Shown here: positions 1-13,656 of the stretch, in pieces
How the letters are laid out: each line of letters opens with the position of its first letter
Position numbering within the stretch: position 1 is the first letter of the stretch
Source: Octopus bimaculoides
Lineage: Eukaryota
Assembly (NCBI RefSeq): GCF_001194135.2
Contig: NC_068988.1
Span: 96,219,416-96,283,415 of the forward strand
DNA length: 64,000 nt
Direction of reading: 5' to 3'
Position numbers and translations under genes: made by a program
Notes under the pieces: model-generated
Told to the model about the DNA's origin: nothing
The model's database searches: none
The model's input: only the letters and a program-made list of their open reading frames with translations

Positions 1-796
1 GAAAGACATAAATGCAATAAGGAAACAAGTAGACAGTCCCCTCCTGCCACTCACATGTGAAACCCAATGGCTGAGAGGTCAAAATATTGGAACACTGACC
101 ATATCATTGTGAGTACAGAGCTTACAACTATCAAAACAACAGATGTAAAATGACCATCATCACCATCATCACCATCATTTAATGTCTGTCTTCCATGCTG
201 GCATGGATGGGATGGTTTGATAGGAGCTGCACCAGTTTCCAGTTGTGTGTTTTGCCATGGTTTCTATGGCTGGATGCCCTTCCTAACACCAACCGCTTTA
301 CAGACCGTACTGGGTGCTTTTTTACATGGCACCATCAAGTAACTTGCAAGACAAAGACCCCCCTGGCTGAGAGAGGGAGTGGAACTGAGGGAGGTGGTTT
401 TGGGTTAGAGTATAATAGAGGGATTCAGTGACCAGTGCTGTGGTCAGAAAAGTGATGGAGAAGAGTTGTGGGGAAGAGACATGCCATGAACAAACTCGGT
501 GGAGGGGAACAGACATAAATGATATGCTTTTAGGACCTTCAATTGTCCTGATATGGATGGGTCATCTCAAACAAAGCAAATTACCAATCATCATAACCAT
601 TTGGCATCTCTTTCATGAGACTCAACATCCAGAGGTCATTCTCGACTACTTTTTCAACTGAAGTTACTTTTTAAAATGTGACCCCTACCCTAGTGGTCAT
701 CAGACCACATTTTAAATCATTGTAATGTCATAACAATGTCAACAACAACAACAAGGCAAGCCACAGTGTAACACAGATGAATCTGTGTATGATTAC

Positions 797-3593
797 CTTT
801 ATATTCATTACAAGTGGAAGACATTGTGTTTGGATGTGTAGGTAACAAAACAGACAGTTTCCTCTTCAAGATTTCAGATGGATGAAGATCTTCTGGAAGG
901 CTGAGTTCCAAAGAATCTCTAAAAAAAGACAAAATTATAATAAAGAAAAAGTACATAGAAATTATTTCAATGTTTAGGAAAGAAACCAAACTATTATATT
1001 TACTTTTTGGTTCTGACAGCAAGAAGGGAATGAATATAAAGGAGGAAGCAACCAAACCTTGAAATAACCAGCATTGACAGAGTTTGGGTCAAAGAGTTCT
1101 GTTAGTATGTATTACAATGAAGAATTCTGAATCCCAGAGATGAATAGTAAGTAGAGTTGATAGACAGGACCTTAACTAGGTAGTTCTTGTGTCAGATAGG
1201 AGTAAAAGGTTTACCAAAGCTAAGAGCAACAAAACTGCATGTCTCAAAGTTCTGAAGAGTCAAACAAAAGCATCAATTTTCAAAGAAACCAATGTGAAAA
1301 CAACAAAGAAAGAAAAAGACCATATTAAGCTTGTTGTTACCAGATCCACCACCACCATTATCTGTAAATGTGTAAACATAACCAACCTTTCGTAGAGCAT
1401 AGGAAAGATCTCCCTGTGTTTCATGAGTGCAGCGGATATTGAAAGAGCAGCTTTCCAGTCACCAACTTTGTTGGAAAACCAAGCAGCTTCTGGGACAAGG
1501 CCACTGAGGAGAAGGTATTCCAGGCATCGACTGACTGTCCATATATCTTCCAGACCACTTGAGCTGACTACTGAAGTCACATCTTGCTGGAACTTTGGTA
1601 TTATTCGTTCTTCTAGAATTCACACAGAAATATCATAGAAAAGCAACAATTAAAATATACAAATGAAAAAAAGTACAATAAGAATTTCAAATTTCATAAT
1701 TATATTTCTAAAGAAGACTAAATAATACATCTTTGTAGATTATATTGTTGATATTTGAAAGTCTTTTTAAATTGAAATGATTAACTTAACTAGCAAAATT
1801 TTTACTGCAGGACTAGCTAACTTTAAGTGAGTTTTGGTTAAAGATCATATGATGTCTATGCTTCGTCAGGAAATGAAAAATTAAATTTAGGAAATATTTA
1901 GTAATATCTGTTTTTAAACTAAAACTTGGATTATACCACAAATTATGTATTTCTTAGTCCATTTTCACATTTTGGATATCATCATCATCATCCTCATCTA
2001 ATGTCCGTTTTCCATGCTGGCATGGGTTGGATGGTTGGATACTAAATATATATTGTTTTACTAAATTAACACACACACACATAATATATATGTACACACA
2101 CACAAGTATGTATGTTAATACATATATACATATATATGTGTGTGTGTGTATGTATGAAATGGTAGATGAATGTATAAGAAATTGCAAATAGATTAATTAC
2201 TTACTCAAGGTATGTGGAGAAGCGTGACACAAACGAGGAAGTGGTGATGGAGAATTTGGAGGGAAAATAAACAGCTGCATGTTGCAAAAATACATGGCCA
2301 TGTAACGTGCAAGAGTCTGCACTACTTGTCGGATTGCTGGATTCTTGATGCAAGGCACTTTTTGCTGAAGAGAGAGAGAGAGAAAGAGAGAGAAAGAGAT
2401 ATTTGATGGAGTGAAACAAAACAACTAGCAAAATAAGTAAGGCAAGGCCTCTTTATTAAGGAGACGGTGCAGTTAAATCAAAGGACAAGAAACTAAGAAG
2501 ACTATGAAAGGTTAATTCCTTCAATGGCAGAAAGGGAGAGTGGAACTAAATGCCTTCTGGTATTTAACTAAATCCTTAACATTATAATTCCCTTGTTAAT
2601 AATAATAACAGTAACAACAATCCTTTTTATTATAAGCACAAGGCCTGAAATTTTTTGGTGGGGGAGGCTAGATGATCACATTCTTTTTTATCCTAAGCAC
2701 AAGGCCCAAAATTTTTGGAGAGGGTGCCAATCATTTAGATTGACCCCGTACACAACTGGTACTTAATTTATCGACCCCCGAAAGGATGACGGGAAAAGTC
2801 GACCTCAGTGGAATTTGAACTCAGAACATAAAGACAGACGAAATACGGCTAAGCATTTCGTCTGGCGTGCTAACAATTCTGCCAGCTCACCACCTTTGAT
2901 CAGATTGACTCCAATGCACAGCTGGGACTTTGACTCTGAAAGCATCAAAGACAAAGTTGACCTCAGTTTGCACTCAGAACACAAAGATGGACAAAATGCT
3001 GCTCGGCATTTTGTCCAGCAAGCTACCGATTCTACCCGGCAAGATAAAAGCTGAAAAAAATATCATCGGAAGAAATTGAAATTCAAAATATCAAGGCATG
3101 AATCTAAATATTTGTAAGAAGTTTTAGAAAAATAAAGCTGGTATTAAGAAGTTTCCAATAATTGTACCTGAGATGATATGGAAGTGTTCATGATAGTAAG
3201 AAACGACGGTGGGTTCAGATCCTGTGAATTCTCGAATTGATCTTTTGAGATGGCCTTGATGTCATCTTTCAGAACTAAAGTCTCCACCATTTCCATGGCT
3301 TTTGCCAATTGACCTCTCAGTAAATAAGTGTAGAGGAGGGCATGAAGAATACAGGAAGAAGTGGTATTCGAGGAATAAGTTGCATCTGGAAGAAGAATAA
3401 AAGAGTATGATAGAACTGCGGTGCCAAAGACCAAAATGTGTTTGTATAAAGACGTGTGGGTGTGTGTGTATACAAATACAGAGACATAAGAATGTGTGTG
3501 TGTGTGTGTGTTTGTGTAAAAAGATGGCTGCATGGTTGAGGAGTTTCATTCCCAATAATGTAATTTCAGGTTCAGTTCCATTGCATGGCACCC

Positions 3594-3624
<31 letters not shown>

Positions 3625-4106
3625 GTNNNNNNNNNNNNNNNNNNNNNNNNNNNNNNNNNNNNNNNNNNNNNNNNNNNNNNNNNNNNNNNNNNNNNNNNNN
3701 NNNNNNNNNNNNNNNNNNNNNNNNNNNNNNNNNNNNNNNNNNNNNNNNNNNNNNNNNNNNNNNNNNNNNNNNNNNNNNNNNNNNNNNNNNNNNNNNNNNN
3801 NNNNNNNNNNNNNNNNNNNNNNNNNNNNNNNNNNNNNNNNNNNNNNNNNNNNNNNNNNNNNNNNNNNNNNNNNNNNNNNNNNNNNNNNNNNNNNNNNNNN
3901 NNNNNNNNNNNNNNNNNNNNNNNNNNNNNNNNNNNNNNNNNNNNNNNNNNNNNNNNNNNNNNNNNNNNNNNNNNNNNNNNNNNNNNNNNNNNNNNNNNNN
4001 NNNNNNNNNNNNNNNNNNNNNNNNNNNNNNNNNNNNNNNNNNNNNNNNNNNNATTCTGGTGCCTAAACATAAGTACCATATTCAATTTTTGAATCTAAAT
4101 CTAAAC

Positions 4107-4151
<45 letters not shown>

Positions 4152-6588
4152 TGTAGCCCTGGGTTAACCAAAGTCTTGCGGGTGGATCTGGCAGATGGAA
4201 ACTGAAAGAAGCCTATAGTGTGGGTGCAATGTGGTAGGATATATGATTACAGTCAAAGAGTTATACCCAGTGACTAGCATAGCAGTATGATTGTTGATTG
4301 CTACAAAGGTAAAGGAGATCCATCAAAGACAGGTAACCTTAGAAGAATCAAAGAATCCGGTTATGAAGATCATGGAGAAAGCCATAGCACAATTGATACA
4401 TGACAGGAGACCTTGATGAGATGCAATTTGGAAAAAGTGCCTTGGATGCAATCTTCCTAGTGAGGCAACTGCAGGAGAGATACTTGGCTAAGCATAAACC
4501 ACTATTCCTGGCCTTCATTGACCTGGAGAAAGCATTTGACAAGGTACCACGTACAGTATTCTGGTAGACACTTAGGAAACTAGGCGTTGATGTACCAGCT
4601 TGGCACAAAAATGCAGGAAGTGAAGTGAGAGTCAACAATGATTTCAGAGACAAATTAAGCATGAAGGTAGGAGTTCATCAAAGTTCAGTCCTCAGTCCTC
4701 TCCTGGTCATCCTAGACCTACAGGTCATCCAATATGCTAATGATCTGATTCTTATTTCTCAAAAATTTCAATTAGCTGAGCTTACGGAAATTAGCTCCCT
4801 TACTAACTTTTAGATTTTAAACACTTATATGTGCATTTGTCTCCAATTTGCAAGGATAGTCACACAAGTTTTTCAAGTTGCTGTACTACATTACTAAAAG
4901 GGCATTCATTATGTGGAATCCCCACCACCGAATGCTCATATTTACACCAGAATCTGCATTTTTCTAAGATTTTTACAGACTTTTGTATCATTCAATCTTG
5001 TGATTTTCAAAAGAAAAACAAAAAATACACACACACACACACTGACACACATACATAAAATCCCCCAAATGTTATAAAGCCTTACCTTTTAATTTAGCCA
5101 GCTGTTCTTTCCAAGCATCCTCAGCCAAAGTATGTCTCGATTCTAAACTATATCTCTCACCTAAGATTAAAATAAAAGAAAACAAGAATTTTTAGGCTAA
5201 AACTGCTAAAGAATTTAATTATTACTATTGAATATATATTATAATTATAGTATAGACTTTAGCATATTTAGGAACACACTATACAGTATAATTAGTATGC
5301 TGTACAATATGTATCATACTACATAGAATCTTGCAGAGAAAGAAATATGAGATTATATAATATTAAAGCTTTTCTTTCAGAGGCATTAACAACATAAATG
5401 AAGTGAAACAGCTTGAACTAGGACAGAAAACAGTCTTAGGTGTGGTTTCATCTAGAGTTTACTTAAAAACTGAAACCACTAAACAAAACACACACACATA
5501 TATCATGATGATCATCATCAGTTAACATCTGTTTTCCATGCTGGTATGAAGTGAAGATACTCCTGAGTGGCTCAACATCAGGTTTTATCTGGAGCTAAAC
5601 AAATAATTATGTAGATCTTCTCATGAGGCTTATTCAAAGCCATAAAGATTTAAACATGTTTATGAAGGATGCAGTGAAGAGTTTGTAATAAGACAGAACC
5701 AATAAATGGACCAGCACCTTATTGACTCTTCAAGCTGCAGCTCCTGGCAAAATAATAGACTCTAAAAATATATATATTGTATTCTTACAAACCTTATTGC
5801 TCGACTAAAATACTCCTCCTTTGACATCCATGTTGAAATGGGTTGTACAGGTTTGCAAAAATTATTACTCTTGTTATCTCCATCCTTAGCCAGAAGACTT
5901 TATTACTCTTCTCTGTAGAAGACTTTATTACTCTTCTCTGTTCTATATCTCTACATTTAAACTTATCTTTATACATACCTTTGCTAATATTACAAGGTCT
6001 TTCTTTGATGTCTTGTGTGCTGGACAAATTGGAGAAAAGAAGTGTGTTGAGACGCTGGAACAATTCCCTGAGTATTTCTGAGAACTCACTTTCCTGCTGG
6101 CGTGGTGACTTTTTTTGTCTTTGTTTGAAGTTCTCAGCTGCAACCATCTCAGCATGTTTCATTAACAACTTCCATGTTGGTAACAACCTTTACAAAAAAA
6201 AAAAAAAAATGCATCAGGAACAAATTCAAGCTTATCAGGTTTTGTTTCATGTTTCTCAAAACTGTTTCATATTGATTTTAGCAATGACAGGATTTACAGC
6301 TAATATGTTTTTATGGTTGCAACAATATCTTGCCTGTACAATTAATAAAACTAAAATAGAAGGAAAATATGACCATCAACTGCCCATGGATAACTTAGAT
6401 GATTTAGATAAGGACTTATACTCCACAGTTCTAAATAAATTAAAAGTAAATATAGGCGCAGGAATGGCTATGTGGTAAGAAGCTTGCTTCACAACCACAT
6501 GGTTCCAGATTCAGTCCCACTGCATGACACCTTGGGCCAACCAAAGCCTTGTGAGTGGATTTGGTCGACGGAAACTGAAAGAAGCCTG

Positions 6589-6619
<31 letters not shown>

Positions 6620-9600
6620 ATCATCATCGTCGTTTAACGTCCGCTTTCCATGCTAGCATGGGTTGGACGATTTGACTGGGGACTGGTGGACCAGGAGTAT
6701 ATATATATATTTATGTGTGTGTCAGTGTTTCTCTACACCATCGCTTGACAACCAATGCTGGTGTGTTTACATCCCTGTCACTTAGTGGTTCAGCAAGAGA
6801 GACCGATAGAATAAGTACTAGGCTTACAATGTATAAGTCCTGGGGGTCGATTTGTTTGACTAAAGGCGGTGCTCCAGCATGGCCTGCAGTCAGATGACTA
6901 AAACAAGTAAAAGAACAAAAGGATCAAAGAACTTACTCTTGTAAAGAACTATTTTGGATTGTTTGCTCAACATTGGGTTTCTTTTTAGGAACTTTCTTTC
7001 TTGAATTCAAAGTCTTTAAGCTATTTCTTGATGGTTCATACCAACTATTATCTTCTGATTCTGTGTTTATTTCCAGAAAAGGATCTTCCCTTCCCCTGGC
7101 TTTTGATGGTGGATATTTTGAAGACCAGGTGTAAGTCTTGCTAAGAATTTGGTTAGTAAAGTTGAGTAAAGCTTCACATCCCAGAAGTGTTTTAATAGCA
7201 GGATCAGATTTGGAAAGGTTCTTGTTATTAAGTATAAGTTTAACGACTTTATGAACAAAACAAATGATGACATTGAGATGTCGTTGATATAAGAAATCAA
7301 AATGAAGAAGATGTAAAAATTCTCTAAACATTCGAATCAAATGAAAAAGAGATGATTTATCTGACATTTCATTCTTTAAAGACTTGGTTAATGATGACAC
7401 CTCAAGAAAAAGCTGGAACACCTTGGAGGTATTCAGTAAGGTTGCTTTGGTAATTTTTGCTCTTGTGGGATCCCAGATACAACCTGATGTCACCTCAAGT
7501 TTCCAAGCTAAGAGCAGACTGAGATAAATATTTTTCAAAATTTCCGAGTGGGTTTTAGAAGTTTTTGGCTGTAATTTGCAGTTGTTGGTTAAAGGAACAC
7601 CAAATGTAATGACTCCAGCATCTAAATTCCTAAGATGATCCTCTTGAACAATGCTTTGGTCACTATCTTCTGAATGTGTTCCATCTTCAAAGTGATAGGA
7701 TCTGGGAGGTTGCAATAAAGCAAGGCTGCTAATGTTTTCCTTGAGAAAAATTCCATCAGCCGAGTTCTGTTCTGAATGGGTAAAATCAAGTTTGTATTCT
7801 TTACTTAGTATAGAAAGCTTCTGAGAGGACCAAGAGACGAGGTTTTGAACCAGAGACAAACAGTCCAAATTGTAAGGCAGTTCAAGAACAGTCACAAGAA
7901 AGCCATCACTACAAATAATAATTGGTAAATGTGGATGAGTGCTTATTGAGAACTTTTGAGGAGTGAGAATCTCATTTCGTTGATTTGCCCCGACTTTTGA
8001 TATATTTTCATCTCTGTGAAAGAATAAAAAAAACAAAAAAACAATCTTATCAATGACTGAGAAACAAAAATTACAAAATCATTAAATAAAATATTTTTGA
8101 TATTTTTACTTCAATAAAATAAAAGTTTATTTATCAATGTATAAAGTAATGTGATAAAAGTATTTAAAAAATACAATAAATAGAATCTAAGCAATTCATT
8201 ATCTTTGTGATGATATCAGTTTTAGGTGAATACAACAATATTTCACCTGAAAAATGTGAAATGTCTTTTAAATCAAAGAAATTTTAAGGATCAGAACTTA
8301 GCTTCCTTGTCATGGTGTTAAATGGATGAGAAAAATTATCTCACAGAAAGGACATTGGTCAGTCACAAGTAGTAACATTCCCAGATCTGATATTATTGGC
8401 AACAAGGTGAACTCAGGTGCATAGAATTAAGTGTTCGTAAAGAAGCTGGAATAACTGCAAAACTTTTGAGCTGGAACTCAAATAGCTGACCAGTCTTTCC
8501 TGTTAAAACAATTTGTGGCTGATGTTGACTGGCACCTGTGCTGGTGGCATGTAAAAAGCACCATTCAAGTGTAGCCAATGCCAGTGCCACCTGGGTGGCA
8601 CTGGCATTGGTCATCATTTGAGTGTGGCCAATACCAGTGCCACCTGACTGGCTCCCATGTTGGTGGCACATAAAAAGCACCCACTACACTCCCAGAGTGG
8701 TTGTAGAAACCTTCTCAGATCAGATTGGAGCCTGGTGCAGCCTCCTGGCTTGCCAGCCCTCAGTCAAACCATCCAACCCATGACAGCATGGAAAGCGGGC
8801 GTTAAACGATGACTGCAGAAAGGTGAATTGAAAAAAAAAAACTTGGTGGTCATCAGTTGTGTTTGTCAATGTGCACAATAGGAGATGAATGAAATTAGNN
8901 NNNNNNNNNNNNNNNNNNNNNNNNNNNNNNNNNNNNNNNNNNNNNNNNNATAGAAGCAAAACAAACAAAAAAATATTTGGAGATGACAAAGTCAGACGTG
9001 AGAATGGTTCCATGATGATAGATGTTGAATAGTCCTAAGTAACAAATGGACAAACAGATTTGAAGAAGATGAAAATTATTAATGTGATCACCATCATCAT
9101 CATCATGCTCTCCCCAACCTCACCCCCCAATGATGGCTAGGATGATGATGGATTGGAAAGACGGGGCTGTATTTTTTAAAATTTTATTTCATTTGCCAAG
9201 CTCTGCTAGTTTTATTCAGTTGACAGGAAGAGGTTTGTAAGGATTCTTGTGGTAATCTGAACAAAAAAAAAAAAAAGATTGCATTAATTACCTTACAATA
9301 ATAACCGGATGAATTGGTAGGAAGAAGGCTGGTCCCATTTCTTGGGACAATCCATTGGTCTTCAAAAGTACAGGTTCACCAAGACGAGGAAGAATACAAA
9401 CAGAGCCAGAGTTGAGTATACAGACGACAAACAAGTTATTGTACGTCCATTTCATAGAAGCGATCCAGTAATAACTGTCAAAACAAAAAAAGATAAAAAT
9501 AACAACAACAATAACAATAATGGTTTCAAATTTTGCCACAAGGGCAGCAATTTTGGGGGAAGGGAGAAGTTACTGAGCAGTGATCCCTTATGTATCAATA

Positions 9601-12600
9601 GACCCCTGATTGTTTACTGACAACCACCTTTTACCCTGTGGGGGCAACTGGTATTTATCACTTATCTTGTCCTCAGTCAGCTCAATATTTGTTTTGTCCT
9701 CTTTTAAGTTCAATACCAAATCAAGCAAGTAGATAAAGATGAGGACCTCAATGTGGGGCATCTCTTCAAGGAGGGACTTCAGCCTTTTTTGTGCAATTAT
9801 TTTCAATTTTTTTCTTTTTCTTTTTTTAATTATTCCTTTTGGTTGCCTTTAGTTAAGTTTAAAAACAGAGTGTCTTACCAGTTCCATTGCATGCGTTCAA
9901 AGCAAGCTTCTGGTCTGAAGGGTTTTCCTTACTTACCCCTCACTAGGCTTAGAGACCCTACAAAACAAAGGTCATAAGCACTGCCCTTCCTTCTCTCACT
10001 AAATCCTTAAACAGTTCTGCTAATAATGTTGTTTAGTTACCTGAAATGAGTTGATGAAGATTCATTCGTACCATTTCCTTTCATGTCTGTCACAACAGTT
10101 GTATTTGTAAAAGGAGACAAAAACATTATTTTGTTTTGGTTGGCAACAGTCTTGTTGATGGCAACGGCAAGTATTTGGCCATCCCTGGAGTAGGCAGCCA
10201 CTGGTTTGTCATTCATCTTGTTCAGTGCAATGTCAGTTTGGTTGTAGCTAACAGACATCCAATCAAAGTTAAATGGATAGAAGCTGAAAGCAAGACCAGA
10301 CATGAATTTAGATTACAACAACAACAACAACAACAATGCCGCTGCCGCCACCACTACCACCACCACAAACCATCAGTGATTTTAAAACTTATTTCCTCAT
10401 GGAACCTTTTATAGGATTTCCAAAAATTAGTGGAAGCCCCTAATCCTACCTGCTTAATTTAACAAAACATTAAATGAAATAACAATTGTTTTAAAGAGAG
10501 AATTTATTTACGGAAAAGAAACAAGTAATCAGCATGACAATTAGTATGAAATCTAATTTGGAAAAAAATTCTTTTTGAAATTCTTTTTCTCCTGGAGCTC
10601 CAGAATTTTCTTTGGAATTCATTTTAGGAAACATTGTTTCACAGAATTGCTTGACCTGCTTGAAATATTAATCAAATTGGATTTTTTAAAAATGGTTTGC
10701 AAACAGGCTTTGTGAACTCTGACACTTATCCATGTGTTGACCATTTTTAGAAAACATTCTTCATAGGCTGTTTCTGACAAATCAACTCAGCTTCTTGACA
10801 GATGGGACAGGGTTCCAAGAGAAACCCCTTATGGTACAAGGCTTTGAAGCAGAGGCCAAACAGAAAAATCAACAACAGAAGATAAGAGGGGAGCATGATT
10901 AAAACCATGATGGAACATAAAAATGGAATATTTCAGACCCAGTTTCAAACTCAGTTTGGACCGGCAGTATCTGTTCATACAACCTGTGATCTGGGTTCAA
11001 ATCACATTGAGGTCAGCTCTACTTTTCATCCTTCCAGAATTGATAAAAAAAAAATACAAATCAAGAGCAGTGGACTGACAGAATTGTCAGACAAAATGTC
11101 TCGGGACTTTTGTTCTGGTTCATTGCATTCTGGGTTTGTCCGAGACAACATTGGTATTGGGCTGTATCAGCTCTCGCCTTTCCCTTGAGCAATACTAGTG
11201 AGGGGTGGAGAGGGAAGACTTGCTGCATGGACAACTATCAGTTTCCATTAAAAAAAAAAAATGTTTAGTCCAAGTCAACCACCTTGAAGAGGAACTTTCA
11301 AGGTGGTCGACTTGGAAAATTGCTATCCAGATCAACCTTGTTGACCCAACTAATGGAGGCCTTAAAATTCATTTGGGATAAACACTTGCACCCTAACAAT
11401 GCTGGTTGTATTCTGTCTTCGAATGCACAAATTGATGTCTCATCAGGTGGTGAAGCAGCTCTGAAGAGGCTTTAGCCCCTTCCACTGTGATACAAGAGTT
11501 GCCCCAGGACACCCACCAATATAAGCAATACCAGAACTGCTTGGAGTCACCTACTGATGTACTTAACACTAGAGCTGCCTGGGGTCGCCCACCGATGTAG
11601 ATGACAAAACTCCAGCATAACAATCTTGAGCTGTTATGCAAGAGTCTTGTTGCCTACATTAAGAAAAAAAAATGTCAAGTTAGAAGGAGAAAAGCAAGAT
11701 GAGTTAAAGACTGGTTGATATTATTTGTGAATCTAAATACATTAAAAATTAAATTGAAAAAAAAAAAAAAAACCCCAAAGATTATTTAAAAACTGTGTCT
11801 TACCTTGATGTCGGAGGTAAAGCAGCAGATAAGAAGTTCAGGTAGAGTGTAATGATGGTGAAAGCTTGTTTGTCAGACAACAAGAAGGAACAATTGCAAC
11901 AGCAGCCAACAACCTGCAACATATAATTTATAGGAAAGTGAGGGCTAATACGTTTCATGTGGTAAGCCATCATCATTATTTGATGTCTGTTTTCCATGTT
12001 GGCATGGATTGGATGGTTTGACAGGGTCCAGTGAGCCACAGAGCTATGGTTGAGCTCAGCTTTGACATGATTTCCATGGTTGGATGCCATTCTTAATGCC
12101 AACCATTTCACAGTGTATAGCAAGTGTTTTGCTTCTTTTTCCTTTTTGTGCAAGTGATGTTGCTGAGTAACTTGCCAATAATTAAAATTACGCATTTAGT
12201 AACGAAGAAAAGGAAAAATAATTATCTGTGTGACTATTTTTGGTCAAAAAAAAAAAAAACAAGAAAACCACAGAATTTAAATTAAGATTCCTAAAATATA
12301 AAGAAGGCTTGCACTTTCAATTGTAGTAGTTCTATGATTGGCAAGAATGCATTGCCAATGATGAAACTGCATTTCTTCAAACCCAAAGTCAAACTACAAA
12401 TAACCCTCATGCAAAATGGAGACAGAGATACTTACCACATTGCTATAAAAGATGGCTGTTATTACAGATTGATTAGCCATTCTAAAAATATCTTGAACGT
12501 TTTCAGAAATATCAACTGGATACCAGCAACCAGCATTTTGTTCCTTGATTGAAACTGAAGAGACTGATGACCAAAGCCAAATATAGACACTGCCATCACT

Positions 12601-13618
12601 GGCAGCAACCAATATCTTCGTGGCATCATCAGATAGGTAAATGCTGTAAGAATCTAAAGAGGAAACAAAATTAGGCATGGCACAACAAAAAGAAAAGAAA
12701 TAACAACAATTAGATTTTCTAATTGAACTCTATCATTTAAGCTTAATTAAAATATAGTTTGTTTTTAAAATAAGAAAGTTAATTATGCTTAAATCCAAAT
12801 TTTGCCTCATATTTTTTAATGATATTTCACCTCACAACTTTTTTGATGCAAATTTTTGCTGCATGGGACAAAAACTATGAAATTCATGCTTTCTTCTATC
12901 ATTTAAGCCAAGATAAATATATATTTCGCTTTTAAAATAAAAAAGTTATTTAAATCTAAACTTGATTGGTGTTTGTTACTTACTCTCCCATAACGTTGCT
13001 ACAAATTTTGATGTAAACCTTTTTCTACTGGACCAAATCTCAATTTTTTAATGCCAAAATGTAGCTAGGGACCAGTCCTCTTCAAAAATGTTAATGGTTA
13101 AGAACTGAATTAGCAACAAACTCCCAAAGACGCTCAGTGTTAGTAAATTGTGGCCTTAAGAATATTATTCAACTACTACTGTAGTTGAATGATATATAAC
13201 ATGCCAGTATGGACAATGGATGTTAAATGATGATACACACACACACATATATATATAAGCATGGCTGTATGGATAGTGAGTTCACTTTGTTATTATCTGG
13301 TCCCAAGTTCTGTATTACTGGATGGATGAATAGATAGATCAGACCAGATTAGACAGATATATTGTGTGTATGTGTGATTGTTCTAATAAACAATTTGCTA
13401 CACATTTACAATTAAGTTAGAAAGATTACATGAAAGGTAAAAATGTCCATTTTGCTTCCATACCTTGGTTTGTTCCCCAATTTGAAATATACTGAGGAAG
13501 CCCTTCAATCATCCACACTTTGTTGCCATCTTTTTTCCAAAGAAATACTGACCCATTCTGGAGCAAACCAGCTAAGTACAATCCTGAAGAGTAAAAAAAG
13601 AATTTTACACACACACAC

Positions 13619-13656
<38 letters not shown>

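Noticed and set aside
3407-4085. Long ORFs spanning N runs (also near 21.7-22.2, 39.1-39.5, 53.5-54.3 and 55.8-56.6 kb)
   Set aside because: Their length comes from gap Ns and microsatellites.
5843-6478. 211-aa plus-strand ORF
   Set aside because: It is the antisense of CPLANE1 exon 6187-5979 plus AT-rich intron, with no recognisable domain.
11415-11447. Minus-strand CTGATGA...GAAG hammerhead-like core (similar case near 27880-27910)
   Set aside because: GAAA is absent and stems I and II do not form.
11393-11653. Minus-strand ORF with an acceptor-like site, considered as a CPLANE1 exon
   Set aside because: Exon 11913-11804 already supplies the expected CCxCSF segment and joins 10283 in phase; this region is more likely a repeat remnant.
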